Assembly (NCBI GenBank): GCA_965218095.1
Contig: OZ244587.1
Location: 5,952,001 to 6,016,000, forward strand
Length of the DNA: 64,000 bases
Source of the DNA: Candidatus Poribacteria bacterium
Lineage (GTDB): Bacteria > Poribacteria > WGA-4E > PCPOR2b
Direction of reading: 5' to 3'
The notes beneath the pieces are model-generated. The model was given only the letters and a program-made list of their open reading frames with translations. It did no database searches and was not told the DNA's origin. Below are positions 53,230 through 63,150 of the stretch, one piece after another. Position 1 is the stretch's first letter; each line of letters starts with the position of its first letter. The position numbers and the translations under genes were made by a program.

Positions 53230-53539
53230 TAGCATTCACGGCCTCATCGAGCAGGTCCGGGAGGATTCTCGCAGTCAGGATCGTACTAGGGGAGCCCTGG
53301 TCAATCGCTTGGAAATGGCACAGGGCTGGGACCTGTTTTCCGTCGCCGAGAACGATTTATCGGAGATCCTTGACCCGTTTGCCATTAATGTCTTAGATCT
53401 CAGTGTACGGATCTGGCTGTTAATCGATGAGGCGCAACGTTTCGTCCTCACCGGACGATCGACCCTGTCCAAAGAAATACTCATCACCTGGGCCAAAGAG
53501 GAGCGTCAACTGTCCCAGAGAGAAACCCCGTTCCGGTGA
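53230..53539 (+). pseudogene. HerA/FtsK-like ATPase internal fragment
   Basis: INVLDLS, WLLIDEAQRF (Walker B), WAKEERQ (near the KEGRK arginine finger). Confidence 0.55.
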
Positions 53540-53598
53540 TGGTAATCCGCGTCCCCCCTTCCAGCAGGCCCACATTCGGCGTGTGAATCTTTCACGTC

Positions 53599-54744
53599 TC
53601 ACGAAATGGATACCACCTCACGGGTGGCTGCAGATCGATATCCCGCCGCAATTACAGCCACGGATTCAGCCGCGATTTCTGCGCTCATTTCGCTTTCTTT
53701 GTTGGCTTCAATACAATCGACAAACATTCCTATATCCGATCTCCCCTCCTCTTCGCCAACGGTGGACCACAGACGTTTGGGTGGAACACCAGATTCGGCA
53801 TTGGTGCTGCCCCACATCCCCATTGGATCCAGCGGATGGGGCGGCGGCGGTTGGAAGGGTGCTTCGTTAGCGAAGACCTCAAGCCGTGGCTGCGAGGCGT
53901 CGAACATCAACGTGTCGTGAGTCCCAATCAGTTGGACACGTCGAACCCCCCCCTGTGGATGACTCATCCAACCCATCCGCCCGCCCGTAATCGTTGCGAT
54001 GGTGCCGTTCTCCAAGGTCAACACCAACGCACCGAAATCCTCAATGTCACACGCGACATGCTCCTTGAAAAAGTAGTTGCCGGTCGTTCCAAAAACGGTT
54101 TTGACTGATTTGCGACTGAGCCAATTTACCAGTGTCACTGCATACACGGCAATATCAAACATTTCCCGCTTCGCCTCGACGAAAGTATATCTCCCAACCT
54201 CTGGCTTTTCTACTCTTTTTTGACCAATCGGAGCGGTGCCTGCAGGACCTTTGGCAAACAGAACGTCGCAATGGATGGCACGGAGTTCGCCAATCTGGCC
54301 GCTGTCAAGTGCTTGTTTCGCGGCTTCCGCCCAGGAGCTATATATATTGGTTAACATATGACTCCGAACACCGGCTTTTTTCACGGCGCGCACAATTGCT
54401 TGCGCGTCCTGGACATTCAGTGCCAGCGGTTTGTCCAGGAAGAGGTGTTTCCCCGCCTCAGCACACCGAACACCGACACGCCCACGCCGTTCATTTTCCA
54501 CGCACAAGCTGACAATATGGACATCATCACGCGCTAACGCCTCGTCTAGGTCAGGCAAGTAAGCGATCCCAAGTTCTTCGGCGAGACGCTGGCCTGGTTC
54601 GATGCGTTCAGGCGGTGCGTCACGTTCATCGGAAACTGCAACCAGCCGACACCGTGGCTCTGCCGCAAAACCACTCGCGTAGCCCTCTTGATGCGTCCGC
54701 AGCCCACCAAGTAACAATACGCCGTATTTGCCTTTCGCTGTCAT
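53599..54744 (-). CDS. Gfo/Idh/MocA family oxidoreductase
   Basis: LDEALARDDVHIVSLC, AEAGKHLFLDKPLA, GQIGEL. Confidence 0.9.
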   Translation of the reverse strand: MTAKGKYGVLLLGGLRTHQEGYASGFAAEPRCRLVAVSDERDAPPERIEPGQRLAEELGIAYLPDLDEALARDDVHIVSLCVENERRGRVGVRCAEAGKHLFLDKPLALNVQDAQAIVRAVKKAGVRSHMLTNIYSSWAEAAKQALDSGQIGELRAIHCDVLFAKGPAGTAPIGQKRVEKPEVGRYTFVEAKREMFDIAVYAVTLVNWLSRKSVKTVFGTTGNYFFKEHVACDIEDFGALVLTLENGTIATITGGRMGWMSHPQGGVRRVQLIGTHDTLMFDASQPRLEVFANEAPFQPPPPHPLDPMGMWGSTNAESGVPPKRLWSTVGEEEGRSDIGMFVDCIEANKESEMSAEIAAESVAVIAAGYRSAATREVVSIS

Positions 54745-54745
54745 T

Positions 54746-55198
54746 TTAGTCCTCCATCGTCTCTACTGGTTTTCCTGTTTTCAACGCCTGATTCACTAAA
54801 TCTATCAGATTCCCTCCACCATTGAGTTCTATTGGTTGCTTCATCAAGCGATGTTGTCCAACAGGTGTTTCATGGTAGATAACACCCTTGTTTCCAACCA
54901 ACATCAGGTCAACAGATGCCTCCTGATTGTCTGGAACGCGATTGATGCTGAGAAGGGCACTCTGCCCACCAACGTACTTAATCATTGCGCTGGTTTGAGT
55001 CGTATCCTCACTTTCTAGGGCGTAAATTTGTTCTGGCGAGGATGGCATCCAAGTATTTGCAAGCGTTGTCAGCGATGCCATTTCCTTGGCAAGGGTTCCA
55101 CTCTCGCTGTGCAAATGGACCATACAACGTAAAAACACAGGGCTGCCAATTCGCCCGTCATCAATAACAGATTGAACAGATTGTTGCAGTGATTGCAT
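54746..55198 (-). CDS. Small protein resembling the Gfo/Idh/MocA C-terminal domain, co-transcribed with the oxidoreductase
   Basis: IDDGRIGSPVFLR; ends 1 nt before the oxidoreductase start. Confidence 0.6.
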   Translation of the reverse strand: MQSLQQSVQSVIDDGRIGSPVFLRCMVHLHSESGTLAKEMASLTTLANTWMPSSPEQIYALESEDTTQTSAMIKYVGGQSALLSINRVPDNQEASVDLMLVGNKGVIYHETPVGQHRLMKQPIELNGGGNLIDLVNQALKTGKPVETMED

Positions 55199-55303
55199 AA
55201 TAAAACCTCTCTCGTAGGCGCCGTAGCCCAACTTGTAGCCTTCCTGAGCCAGTTTTATTCCAAAAAAGCTGGTACTGGCTTCAGAATGAATACTTCCTCG
55301 TGG

Positions 55304-55483
55304 TTACATCAGCCTAAAATGAACCAGGAAAAGCGCAAGTGAGCCCCACATGCCGATGAAGATGCTCTCCTTTATCAGGGCGAGTTTCCAACTCTTGGTT
55401 CTCCTTACACCTCTTTTTTGTACCGGGATGGATGCCATCGTAGCAAAATTCCCTATCGGTGTCAACAAAAAAGTGTTGACGGG
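55304..55483 (-). mobile_element. IS left-end remnant (second copy of the 29785 repeat) with a transposase-like N-terminal stub
   Basis: CCCGTCAACACTTTTTTGTTGACA-N17-TACGATGGCATCCATC. Confidence 0.55.
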
Positions 55484-55598
55484 TTGGGTATATGGCATTT
55501 TTCCCATTTGTGCGAAAGGTCAGTCGTAAAAATAAACGTTTACAAAAATATGTACTTTTTGGTACAAAGGCTAACAAAGAATCCAATATTCATGCGGC

Positions 55599-56030
55599 GG
55601 TAGTGTTCTAAATCTGTTGATTTGGCCATCGAACTATGTTATCGCACCTCAAATGTTAAAAGCAGATCATTAGAATAGAGAGGGTAACAGGGTCTTAAAA
55701 CCGATTTCCTGTCCAACCTGCCGCGGGGAGGATGTGGTTAAACACGGAAAAACTGAAACCGGTAAGCAACGCTTGCGTTGTCAGAATCCGAAATGTAACG
55801 GTCAGACATTTGTCACAGACAATGCTCACAAAGGACGCTTACCTGAAACCAAAGCCCAGATTATCTCTATGTCGCTCAATGGAAATCGAATTGGGAAGAT
55901 TCTCACGCAGAAGACTGAACGGAAATACCTAACGCTTCGCACCCGAATCAAGGGGTTGGCTCGAAAATCCATCTGTTTTTCGAAATCTGTCCTGATGCAT
56001 GACACGATTATCAGGTTGTTTATCAATTGA
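55599..56030 (+). mobile_element. IS1-family remnant with internal deletion
   Basis: IRL-like GGTAGTGTTC; InsA CPTC..VVKHGK...GKQRLRCQNPKC fused to InsB tail TQKTERKYLTLRTRIKGLARKSICFSKS. Confidence 0.8.
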
Positions 56031-56069
56031 GAGGAATTTGGTCTTGCTGTTTAGCAATCAAATGCTCCG

Positions 56070-56350
56070 GGGACTGGAAAGCCAGATTGGCTGAGTTGGC
56101 TGCGATGGAAGCACGACGGCACCCAAACAAAAATAAGCGATTTTGCTTACGAAACCACGAATGTGAATGTGCATGTTCCTGATTTCGGTTCGCCCCCTGG
56201 CGGCGGTGGCCCCGTCCCCAAACCGAGCTCGCTAGCGATGCTGGCGCTGGGCGCAGCCGGATTGTTGGCCTGGCGCACACATCGCTAGAAGCAGGCAGAG
56301 AAAGCGAAAAAGGAAGCCGAAAACGCCGACGACGATTTGATGATGAGCTA
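56070..56350 (+). pseudogene. C-terminal remnant of a PEP-CTERM protein
   Basis: Manual translation: ..SWLRW..ISDFAYETT..VHVPDFG..PVPKPSSLAMLALGAAGLLAWRTHR*KQAEKAKK. Confidence 0.7.
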
Positions 56351-56638
56351 GCAAATCTGCAGAATCATCCAAACACCGCTGCAGATCGGTTAGCTGAGAC
56401 AAAGGTCTGCGCGATGGCAGCCATGTCGGGGTTTCCCGATACCTGGCTCCCTCGATTGCGGATTTCAGAATGCGGATTGTCCGATAGGATTCGGACGAGC
56501 ACGGATTGAAAGAAAACTGAAATTGCATTTGCCCCGGTGATTCGGATTTTCCGTTTCGTTGGGGCTTTTCTATGCCCGCCAACAACCTTGAGCCCCAATG
56601 AGAACCCCGTTGTCCTTTCTTCAGCGGCGACTAGCGGA

Positions 56639-56764
56639 GTAGGGTGGGGCCATGCCCCACCGCTGATTTGTCCTCCATTTTGGTGAGGCAGTTGTAGATC
56701 GCGTTTGGGTCGTGGGTTGTGTGGGGAATTCGATGCCGTAGGGTAGGACCCTGTTCCACCCTAC
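56639..56764. repeat. Two GTAG-class REP palindromes downstream of the RAYT
   Basis: GTAG-GGTGGGGC-CAT-GCCCCACC; GTAGGGTAGGACCCTGTTCCACCCTAC. Confidence 0.75.
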
Positions 56765-56781
56765 GACTACGACCATCGGAC

Positions 56782-57336
56782 TCACTCGCCTACACATGTG
56801 AACCCCTTAATGGTGCTCGGTTCTTGTTCTCCCCAATTCGGTTCATACCAGCCCTTTTGCACATAACGATGAAAACTCGACCACCGCTAATCCGCAGGTC
56901 GGACGACATAGCCGCGTTTCACCAGATTGAAGTGGATATAGTCAATGTGCTGCTGAAAATTTTCTTCGTCCCGAACGTAGTGTTCCCAAAATCGCCGCTG
57001 CCACAATGCTGCCCCTCCGGTCCGCTGCCGTGAAGCATTTCGTGCGCCATCTTGACCGCCTGCCGCAAGATAGCGTTTGGAGAACACCCCTTTGATCATA
57101 TTCCATCTTTGAGAATAGTCTGCGTCGTCTTTGGGAAGGCTCCAAATGCAATGCAAATGATTCGGCAAGAGGCAAACAGCTTCCACTTGAAACGGTTGCT
57201 CCGTCTGCACGGTTTTCCAAGCCTCGTGTAAACATCGGTGAGCAAGATCCGTGGTCAGAAAGGGTCTGCGCTCAAAGACAACAACGGTGAAGAAATAGGC
57301 GCCGCCTGGAACATAGACACGTCTGTAATTGGCCAT
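56782..57336 (-). pseudogene. REP-associated tyrosine transposase (RAYT/TnpA-REP) with TAG at the conserved Trp
   Basis: YRR...GGAYFFTVV, LPNHLHCIW (HUH), WQRRFWEH, YIHFN; PAD*RWSSFH continues to TGA 56782. Confidence 0.88.
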
Positions 57337-57362
57337 GATAGATCTCCTGAGGGGTGCTCATT

Positions 57363-57385
57363 TTGGTGGGGCAAGGCCCCACCAA
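57363..57385. repeat. REP palindrome upstream of the RAYT
   Basis: TTGGTGGGGC-AAG-GCCCCACCAA. Confidence 0.75.
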
Positions 57386-57389
57386 TCCG

Positions 57390-58583
57390 CTATTGACGCC
57401 GTTGACGATAGAGGTCAGAATCAACAACACCCGCCATTGCCTGCGCATCCAAATCCCCACCGAGGAAATTCCGCACCTGTTCCGCAATCTCCATTGGACG
57501 CTGAAAGGCATCTTTGTGTTCCACATAGAGGGTCGGGATATTGCGGGCGGCGAGCATCTGTTTGACCTGACTCACCTGCCGCTCGAAGACCTGCCGCAGG
57601 CGTTCATCTGACAGGGCACCACCTTGACGACCCTGACGGTCGAGCATCCGCCGCTGAGACGCAAGCACTTCGTCAATATCGCGCTCCATGAACACGACGC
57701 GATAGTTGTGTTGCGGAGGCAGAAAGGGCAGCAGTTGCACAATGATTTTCACCGCTTTGCCTTTCGCTTCCGGCAGCCACGAACAGTCTCGCCTGAGCTG
57801 TTTGACCTTTTCATACTCAAAGTAGCCCCGCGGATTGTCGGTGTCCGCCTCACGCTGACCGTCGGCCAGGCACGGGTGTCCGCTGGCGTGGAGCATCTGC
57901 ATCATCATCGAGGTGCCAGACCGCGGCAGCCCCGACACCACTGTGATGAATTCATCATCGCCGTCTAGTGTGGCTTTGGTCGGCGAGAGATCGGTTGCCG
58001 GTGCCGCCGTAGCTGGAGATGGGACTTCGGGTGCCGGTTGGGGCGCCGGTTGGGGCACCAGAGCGGGTACTGGCTTGACAGGCGTCGGAGGCATCTCCTC
58101 GCGCGGCTTCGGTACGCTTGGAGCATCAGCAGACGCTGCCAAACGTACTTCTCGCCGGCGCTGGCGGATCTCCTTTGCCTGCCCCCGATGGTGTTCTGCC
58201 CAATCTGGATTGTCGAGCTGATGTTCATAGATGTAAGCTAGACGGTGATGCGTTTCGGCGAAATTCGGATTCTGAGACAGGTCAACTTCCAGTGCCTTGA
58301 CCTCCCGCGTAGTGTTGGTGACGGGACGGACGTTGCCTGTGTTGGGGTCTAACTCCGTGAAGCCGTAGACCCCGTGCTTGAAGGTCCACATCTCCGTGGC
58401 AATTGACGTCCAGAGCATCGGCGAAAGGATGGGGTTGAGGATGGCGAGGTTGCCCATCACTCCTTCGTTGACGAAACGCTCAAGGACGGGCATCTTGCCG
58501 TCGTCAATTAAAGGATTGATGACTTTCCAATCGGCGGTGTCCCAGCCGATGAGCAGGACTTTTTTTGCGAGTCGTTTTTCCAT
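57390..58583 (-). CDS. Phosphodiesterase/AlkP N-terminus + TPR + Pro-rich linker + sulfotransferase-like domain, probably internally deleted
   Basis: KVLLIGWDTADW, SPMLWTSIAT; abrupt switch to NPNFAETHHRLA; VVSGLPRSGTSMMMQML, DNPRGYFE. Confidence 0.75.
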   Translation of the reverse strand: MEKRLAKKVLLIGWDTADWKVINPLIDDGKMPVLERFVNEGVMGNLAILNPILSPMLWTSIATEMWTFKHGVYGFTELDPNTGNVRPVTNTTREVKALEVDLSQNPNFAETHHRLAYIYEHQLDNPDWAEHHRGQAKEIRQRRREVRLAASADAPSVPKPREEMPPTPVKPVPALVPQPAPQPAPEVPSPATAAPATDLSPTKATLDGDDEFITVVSGLPRSGTSMMMQMLHASGHPCLADGQREADTDNPRGYFEYEKVKQLRRDCSWLPEAKGKAVKIIVQLLPFLPPQHNYRVVFMERDIDEVLASQRRMLDRQGRQGGALSDERLRQVFERQVSQVKQMLAARNIPTLYVEHKDAFQRPMEIAEQVRNFLGGDLDAQAMAGVVDSDLYRQRRQ

Positions 58584-59183
58584 ATGATCTTCCTTTCGAG
58601 TTTTGAGGCAGTGATAAGGCACCCCATACTCAAGAAATCTGGGTAAATGTTTGATTCGTTCATTCTGTTCAACCGTGCTATAAGTCCGATCCGATCGGAC
58701 CCCTACGACGAGAATGCTTGTGAGACGAATCGACGCTACGCGTTTCAGCCAGTTCTCGACACGAAGTTATAGAAACGCTTGTGCACTCCTTGACCAGAGA
58801 TAAATGGAGATATCTGCATCGTTCAGAGAACGAATGATTATGTTTGTATTGTCGCTCATAATGCCCTTTCACGATTCTTGTAACATGATGTGCAATCCGT
58901 GATGTATAAACAGCATCTTCATTAATGAAATACCACATGATGATAGGATTTCGCAACGGGATTTTAAGTCCTGTTAAACCGGCGAAGATGTCTTGAAATA
59001 GGTTTCGGGGTGTGTTGTCGGCTAAAAATTATAAGCGTGACAGTTGTGGCATGAAAAGAAAGCATTTTGATCTTGAGAAAAGCTTGACGTTCTGTTACAA
59101 TGATTCTGTCAAGCCGCCTCGCTCACAAAGTGGAGCATTGATTTTTTATTTGAATTGATGAACGAACATTCGCAGGGTTGATT

Positions 59184-60206
59184 ATGAGCATCGAAAGCCA
59201 CAATCTCGATAGGCCCAACATCGAAACCAGCGTTGTCGGCAGCTTCCCATTGCCGAAATGGTTGACTCAGTCCGCAAGTCAAGAAGCCATCCTCGATGCA
59301 ATCAAGGCAACAATCAAAGATCAGGAGAATGTTGGCTTAGACCTCATCTCCGATGGCGAGATTTACCGCAGCTTGTACTGTCACGAGAAAACAAACGGCA
59401 TGATCGATCACTACACCCAACGGCTCGCCGGCATTTCGACGGAATGCCTACGTTCGCTGACTGAACGGGTGCGCAACGATCCGGAATTGGTATACCGCGA
59501 TGAACCGGCAGGGGTTGTCGTTAGGGAAATCGATCACGGTCTCCTGGATTTGCGTGGAGAGTTTGAGCGGTCCCGCCAATTGACAAAACACCCACTCAAA
59601 TTCACGTTTACGGGCCCGCACATGCTATCGCGGGTTTTGATTAATGATTACTACACCGATCACCGGTCGTTGGCAATGGCGATTGCAAGGGTGCTAAGTG
59701 AGCAGGTATGCGGTATTCACGCGGACTCCGTCCAGATTGATGAGGCGTCAATTGGCGGGCATCCACAGGATATCGAGTGGGCAGTTGAGGCAATTAACGT
59801 CGTTGCGAAAGCAATCCCCGGCAGGTCCGGCATCCACATCTGTTACGGAAACTACGGTGGTCAGACCGTCCAGGAAGGAAATTACGAAGTGTTACTCCCG
59901 AAGTTGTTGGAACTCGACGTGGATGGGTTTGTCCTCGAATTTGCTCGACGCGGCTATGATGAACTCAAGCATTTTGCGAAATACGACTCCCAGATCGAGA
60001 TTGGATTGGGCGTCATTGATATAAAAGATCTGCAAATCGAAACGCCAGATCTCGTCGCCAAACGGATCGAAATCGGCGCAAGTATTATTGGGGTAGATCG
60101 GCTGCATGTTGTCCCCGACTGTGGCTTGTGGATGCTGCCGCGTAGCGTCACCTTGGGGAAATTGGAGAACCTCGTGAAGGGGCGGGATCTGTTTTTGAGA
60201 GAGTGA
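59184..60206 (+). CDS. Cobalamin-independent methionine synthase II family (MetE C-terminal domain only)
   Basis: VVGSFPLPKWL, DLISDGE, KFTFTGP, QIDEA, HICYGN, LEFA, GVIDIK, PDCGL. Confidence 0.9.
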   Translation: MSIESHNLDRPNIETSVVGSFPLPKWLTQSASQEAILDAIKATIKDQENVGLDLISDGEIYRSLYCHEKTNGMIDHYTQRLAGISTECLRSLTERVRNDPELVYRDEPAGVVVREIDHGLLDLRGEFERSRQLTKHPLKFTFTGPHMLSRVLINDYYTDHRSLAMAIARVLSEQVCGIHADSVQIDEASIGGHPQDIEWAVEAINVVAKAIPGRSGIHICYGNYGGQTVQEGNYEVLLPKLLELDVDGFVLEFARRGYDELKHFAKYDSQIEIGLGVIDIKDLQIETPDLVAKRIEIGASIIGVDRLHVVPDCGLWMLPRSVTLGKLENLVKGRDLFLRE

Positions 60207-60455
60207 ATACGTCTCCAACCTTGCGAAGGTTTGAAACCTGATACCTTTGCGCTGGTCCGAGGCGACAGGGTTTTGGAGCTCTTGCCAATTGTTGGGCAGG
60301 TTTAGAATACAGAACGTCAACGGGCCATTCCCACACAAAGGATGGGAACGCCGTGCGCCAAGCTGGAAAACTATGGTGTTGCTGCATCAAGCAAATCCGT
60401 TTCTGACATCTTTCGCTACCAATAACCAATAATGTCAATGCCCTTTATCCATTCC

Positions 60456-61253
60456 TCACAGCAGCGTCTCAAACCAATCCCGTACCCGCAACTTATCGGC
60501 TTCGTCGCCGAATCCCAAACTGAACCAGCCGGTATAACTTAGCGCCGAAAGCTGCCCAAACAACGCACGGAAGTCAATGGTTCCCTCCCCTGGAACCAGA
60601 TGGATTTCGTAATCACCGCTGTTATCATTGAGGCGTACCTGTCCGATGTTCGCCACCCCGAAAGCATCAAGAAAGCCCTGTCATCCTTCGGGTACCAGGT
60701 GACCGTGCGCGACGTTGAACGCCCACTTAAAGTGCGGCGAGTCAACCGCGTCAAAGAACCAGTGCGTCTCTTCGACGTTGTGTGGAAGGTAGTGGATTTC
60801 GGCGAGATTGGGTTCCTTGTTATGGTTCTCAAAGAAGATCATCACGTCTGTCTGCTCTGCTCGCTCTACCAACCGCTGAATGCGTTCAATAGCTGCCGTG
60901 CGTCGTCGTCGCACATCGCCGAAATGATAACCCCCATGTCCAATGAGCCAGCCACAGCCGAGGCGAGCGGCAAGGTCGAGGTTGGCGAAAAGGTAGTCAT
61001 CCACCGCATCAGCCATGATGGGAACATATTCGGCGTTATTAATCGCAGACGATGGATGGATACCGATGGCGACACCGTGGGTTTCACATAAATCGCGTAC
61101 CCTGGCTATGCGCGCCGTGTCGAACGAGGCAGTGTCATTCGGTGGAAGATCTGCCTGAAAATCAATGTAATCAAAACCGTTTTTGGCAGCCCAGCGAATT
61201 GAGTCCTCAAGGGGGTGGTGCTTTGGTGCACCAAAGCCGAAACAGTTACTCAT
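60456..61253 (-). pseudogene. Sugar phosphate isomerase/epimerase (xylose isomerase-like TIM barrel) with in-frame TGA 60681-60683
   Basis: FENHN, NVAHGH, PEG*QGFLDAFG, HLVPGEGTIDF. Confidence 0.8.
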
Positions 61254-61616
61254 AGTGTGTCCTCCCGTATCGAATTCTATATTAACGGAATCCGATCATA
61301 TTAAGATGTCCGAAAGGGTAGCATACTCTATTTATAATGCACGATTCCGGTTTCTGGCATATCAGATCCGGATCGGTTGGGTGGATTTTACCAAAAATCT
61401 GAAGTGCTGTCAATTCGGAATGAAGGTGATACCCGTGTGTAAATCCCCTTTGTGTCATCAAATTCCTCACTTTTTTGTTGTCCCATTCTTTAGGAATTGT
61501 GCTATAATCTTTGAGTAATACCGGCTTTTGAAGAATAAATCTGATCGCAGACGAAGGAAAAGAAGGAAGCGGACTTCTATCTTATCTTTCTTCCCTTCCT
61601 CCCTTTTCTTCCGAAC

Positions 61617-63014
61617 TTGACCTCTGGTCATCATGAAACTTCAATTTATGCCGACGCGAATATAATATTTGAGCGAGATTTACAATTGGTATTACAAGAC
61701 ATGCCTGAGATGACAGATTTAGCGGCTGCCGCAGAGCAGCTTGGTCTCGGTCTCACCCCCAAGCAGATTGAGCCATTCATCAAAAACCATTCCACAGACG
61801 AGGCGACGCAACGCTTCGAGAAACTGGCAGGGTGGATGGCGCAGGTGAACTCACAGAACCACGATGGCGTGGTACTGACACCGGCGATCATAAACTATCT
61901 GGCTGGGGGTTCGGACTTCGATGCGCTCCTGAACACGCTGGACCATCTGCGCCAAGACACTCGCAACGGCAGGTTCGACATCAACAACCTTCTACAAAAA
62001 GAATTGGAATACAGGCGATACACATCGGAGGCAAACCGCCAACGTGACTGGCCAAAGGCCCCCAATGCGCAGCGCGCGGCGTTTAATGCGCTGACCACAC
62101 TGCCGCCGCTGCATGAGGATGAATTCCAATTGACCTCGCAGGATCGGGTTGAGGCAAAGCGAGCCGCTTATGAGGCGAAGGTATTCCTTGAGTTTCTGAT
62201 GGAATTTCGCTCACAGACCGATAGACCGATTGTGGTAGTTGGAAACGAACGCTACGGGCGACATTGGGTCGTCGAACCGCTTGAGGCGTACCTGAAAGGG
62301 CGATTCGAGGTCCGCTACGACCGCGTTCCCTCCCACGGATCGATGCGGCTGACAGTACCACATTACCTGGAACGATTCCAGCGAAACGGCTTTCCGCCGG
62401 AGTTTATGAGGCAATTGAGCGAACAGATGCCGCATGTCGTGATCGTTGACGAATGCAGTCCGAGAAGAACGGAGCATTACACGAAGTTCCCGCGCGGCGT
62501 GAGGGATCTAGTCAACTGGTTCATGGTGTTCAACGATATTCGGGCGGAGGGTGATGGCTCCAAATACGAAGCAGATAGCACCCTTCCTGCACATCACTTC
62601 CCCGAACTGAAGAAGTGGTACGAATTTGTTGTCGTCAGACGACGGATACGCGAGTGGGTGACCCCGGGTCCGACTTACAAGATTGCGCACTGGGTGCCCG
62701 AGCTGAAAGAACAGGCGCTCATGGGCGATATGATTATCCCAAGCAAGCCGCCCGACTTTGGCGACGAGAAACCGCAAGTGATTCTGGCAAACCCTGCCAT
62801 TTACCGCACCGAGGGCGATGATCTTCCCGCCATTCTGAAGGGAACGCATCCTTACTACTTCAACGACCCTGAAAAACGGGTTCGAGAGGAGATCGTGCCG
62901 GGGTTCGGGCTTCACGGATTTGAGACCCGAGTGAAGGGCTTTACGACTGACGAGCATGTAGCGGCCATCCAGGAACAAATCCAAGCTGAACTTGCGACGA
63001 TGTTATCGGATTGA
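61617..63014 (+). CDS. Hypothetical protein (~440-465 aa)
   Basis: Long open frame with protein-like composition; likely start ATG 61701; no family recognised. Confidence 0.7.
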   Translation: MTSGHHETSIYADANIIFERDLQLVLQDMPEMTDLAAAAEQLGLGLTPKQIEPFIKNHSTDEATQRFEKLAGWMAQVNSQNHDGVVLTPAIINYLAGGSDFDALLNTLDHLRQDTRNGRFDINNLLQKELEYRRYTSEANRQRDWPKAPNAQRAAFNALTTLPPLHEDEFQLTSQDRVEAKRAAYEAKVFLEFLMEFRSQTDRPIVVVGNERYGRHWVVEPLEAYLKGRFEVRYDRVPSHGSMRLTVPHYLERFQRNGFPPEFMRQLSEQMPHVVIVDECSPRRTEHYTKFPRGVRDLVNWFMVFNDIRAEGDGSKYEADSTLPAHHFPELKKWYEFVVVRRRIREWVTPGPTYKIAHWVPELKEQALMGDMIIPSKPPDFGDEKPQVILANPAIYRTEGDDLPAILKGTHPYYFNDPEKRVREEIVPGFGLHGFETRVKGFTTDEHVAAIQEQIQAELATMLSD

Positions 63015-63039
63015 ACTCCAATACAAGGAGAACGAACCT

Positions 63040-63150
63040 ATGACGCAACCAAACGTACTGCTCATCTGCACCGATCATTGGCCTGGTCCTCTGATAGGGG
63101 AGATGGCACATGAACGGATTCTCACGCCGACCCTCAATGCGCTGGCTGCC
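63040..63150 (+). pseudogene. Sulfatase N-terminal stub
   Basis: RBS AAGGAG; MTQPNVLLICTDHW..LIG..H..ILTPTLNALA, then similarity is lost. Confidence 0.7.

Noticed and set aside
52770-53396. Plus-strand ORFs after the IS982 with a good RBS
   Set aside because: Beyond the first few codons the sequence is the antisense of a coiled-coil frame (Phe/Leu-rich shadow); at most a short stub.
58960-59183. Cobalamin or SAM riboswitch upstream of the MetE-like gene
   Set aside because: No B12-box or SAM-I core consensus recognised; an Rfam scan would be needed.
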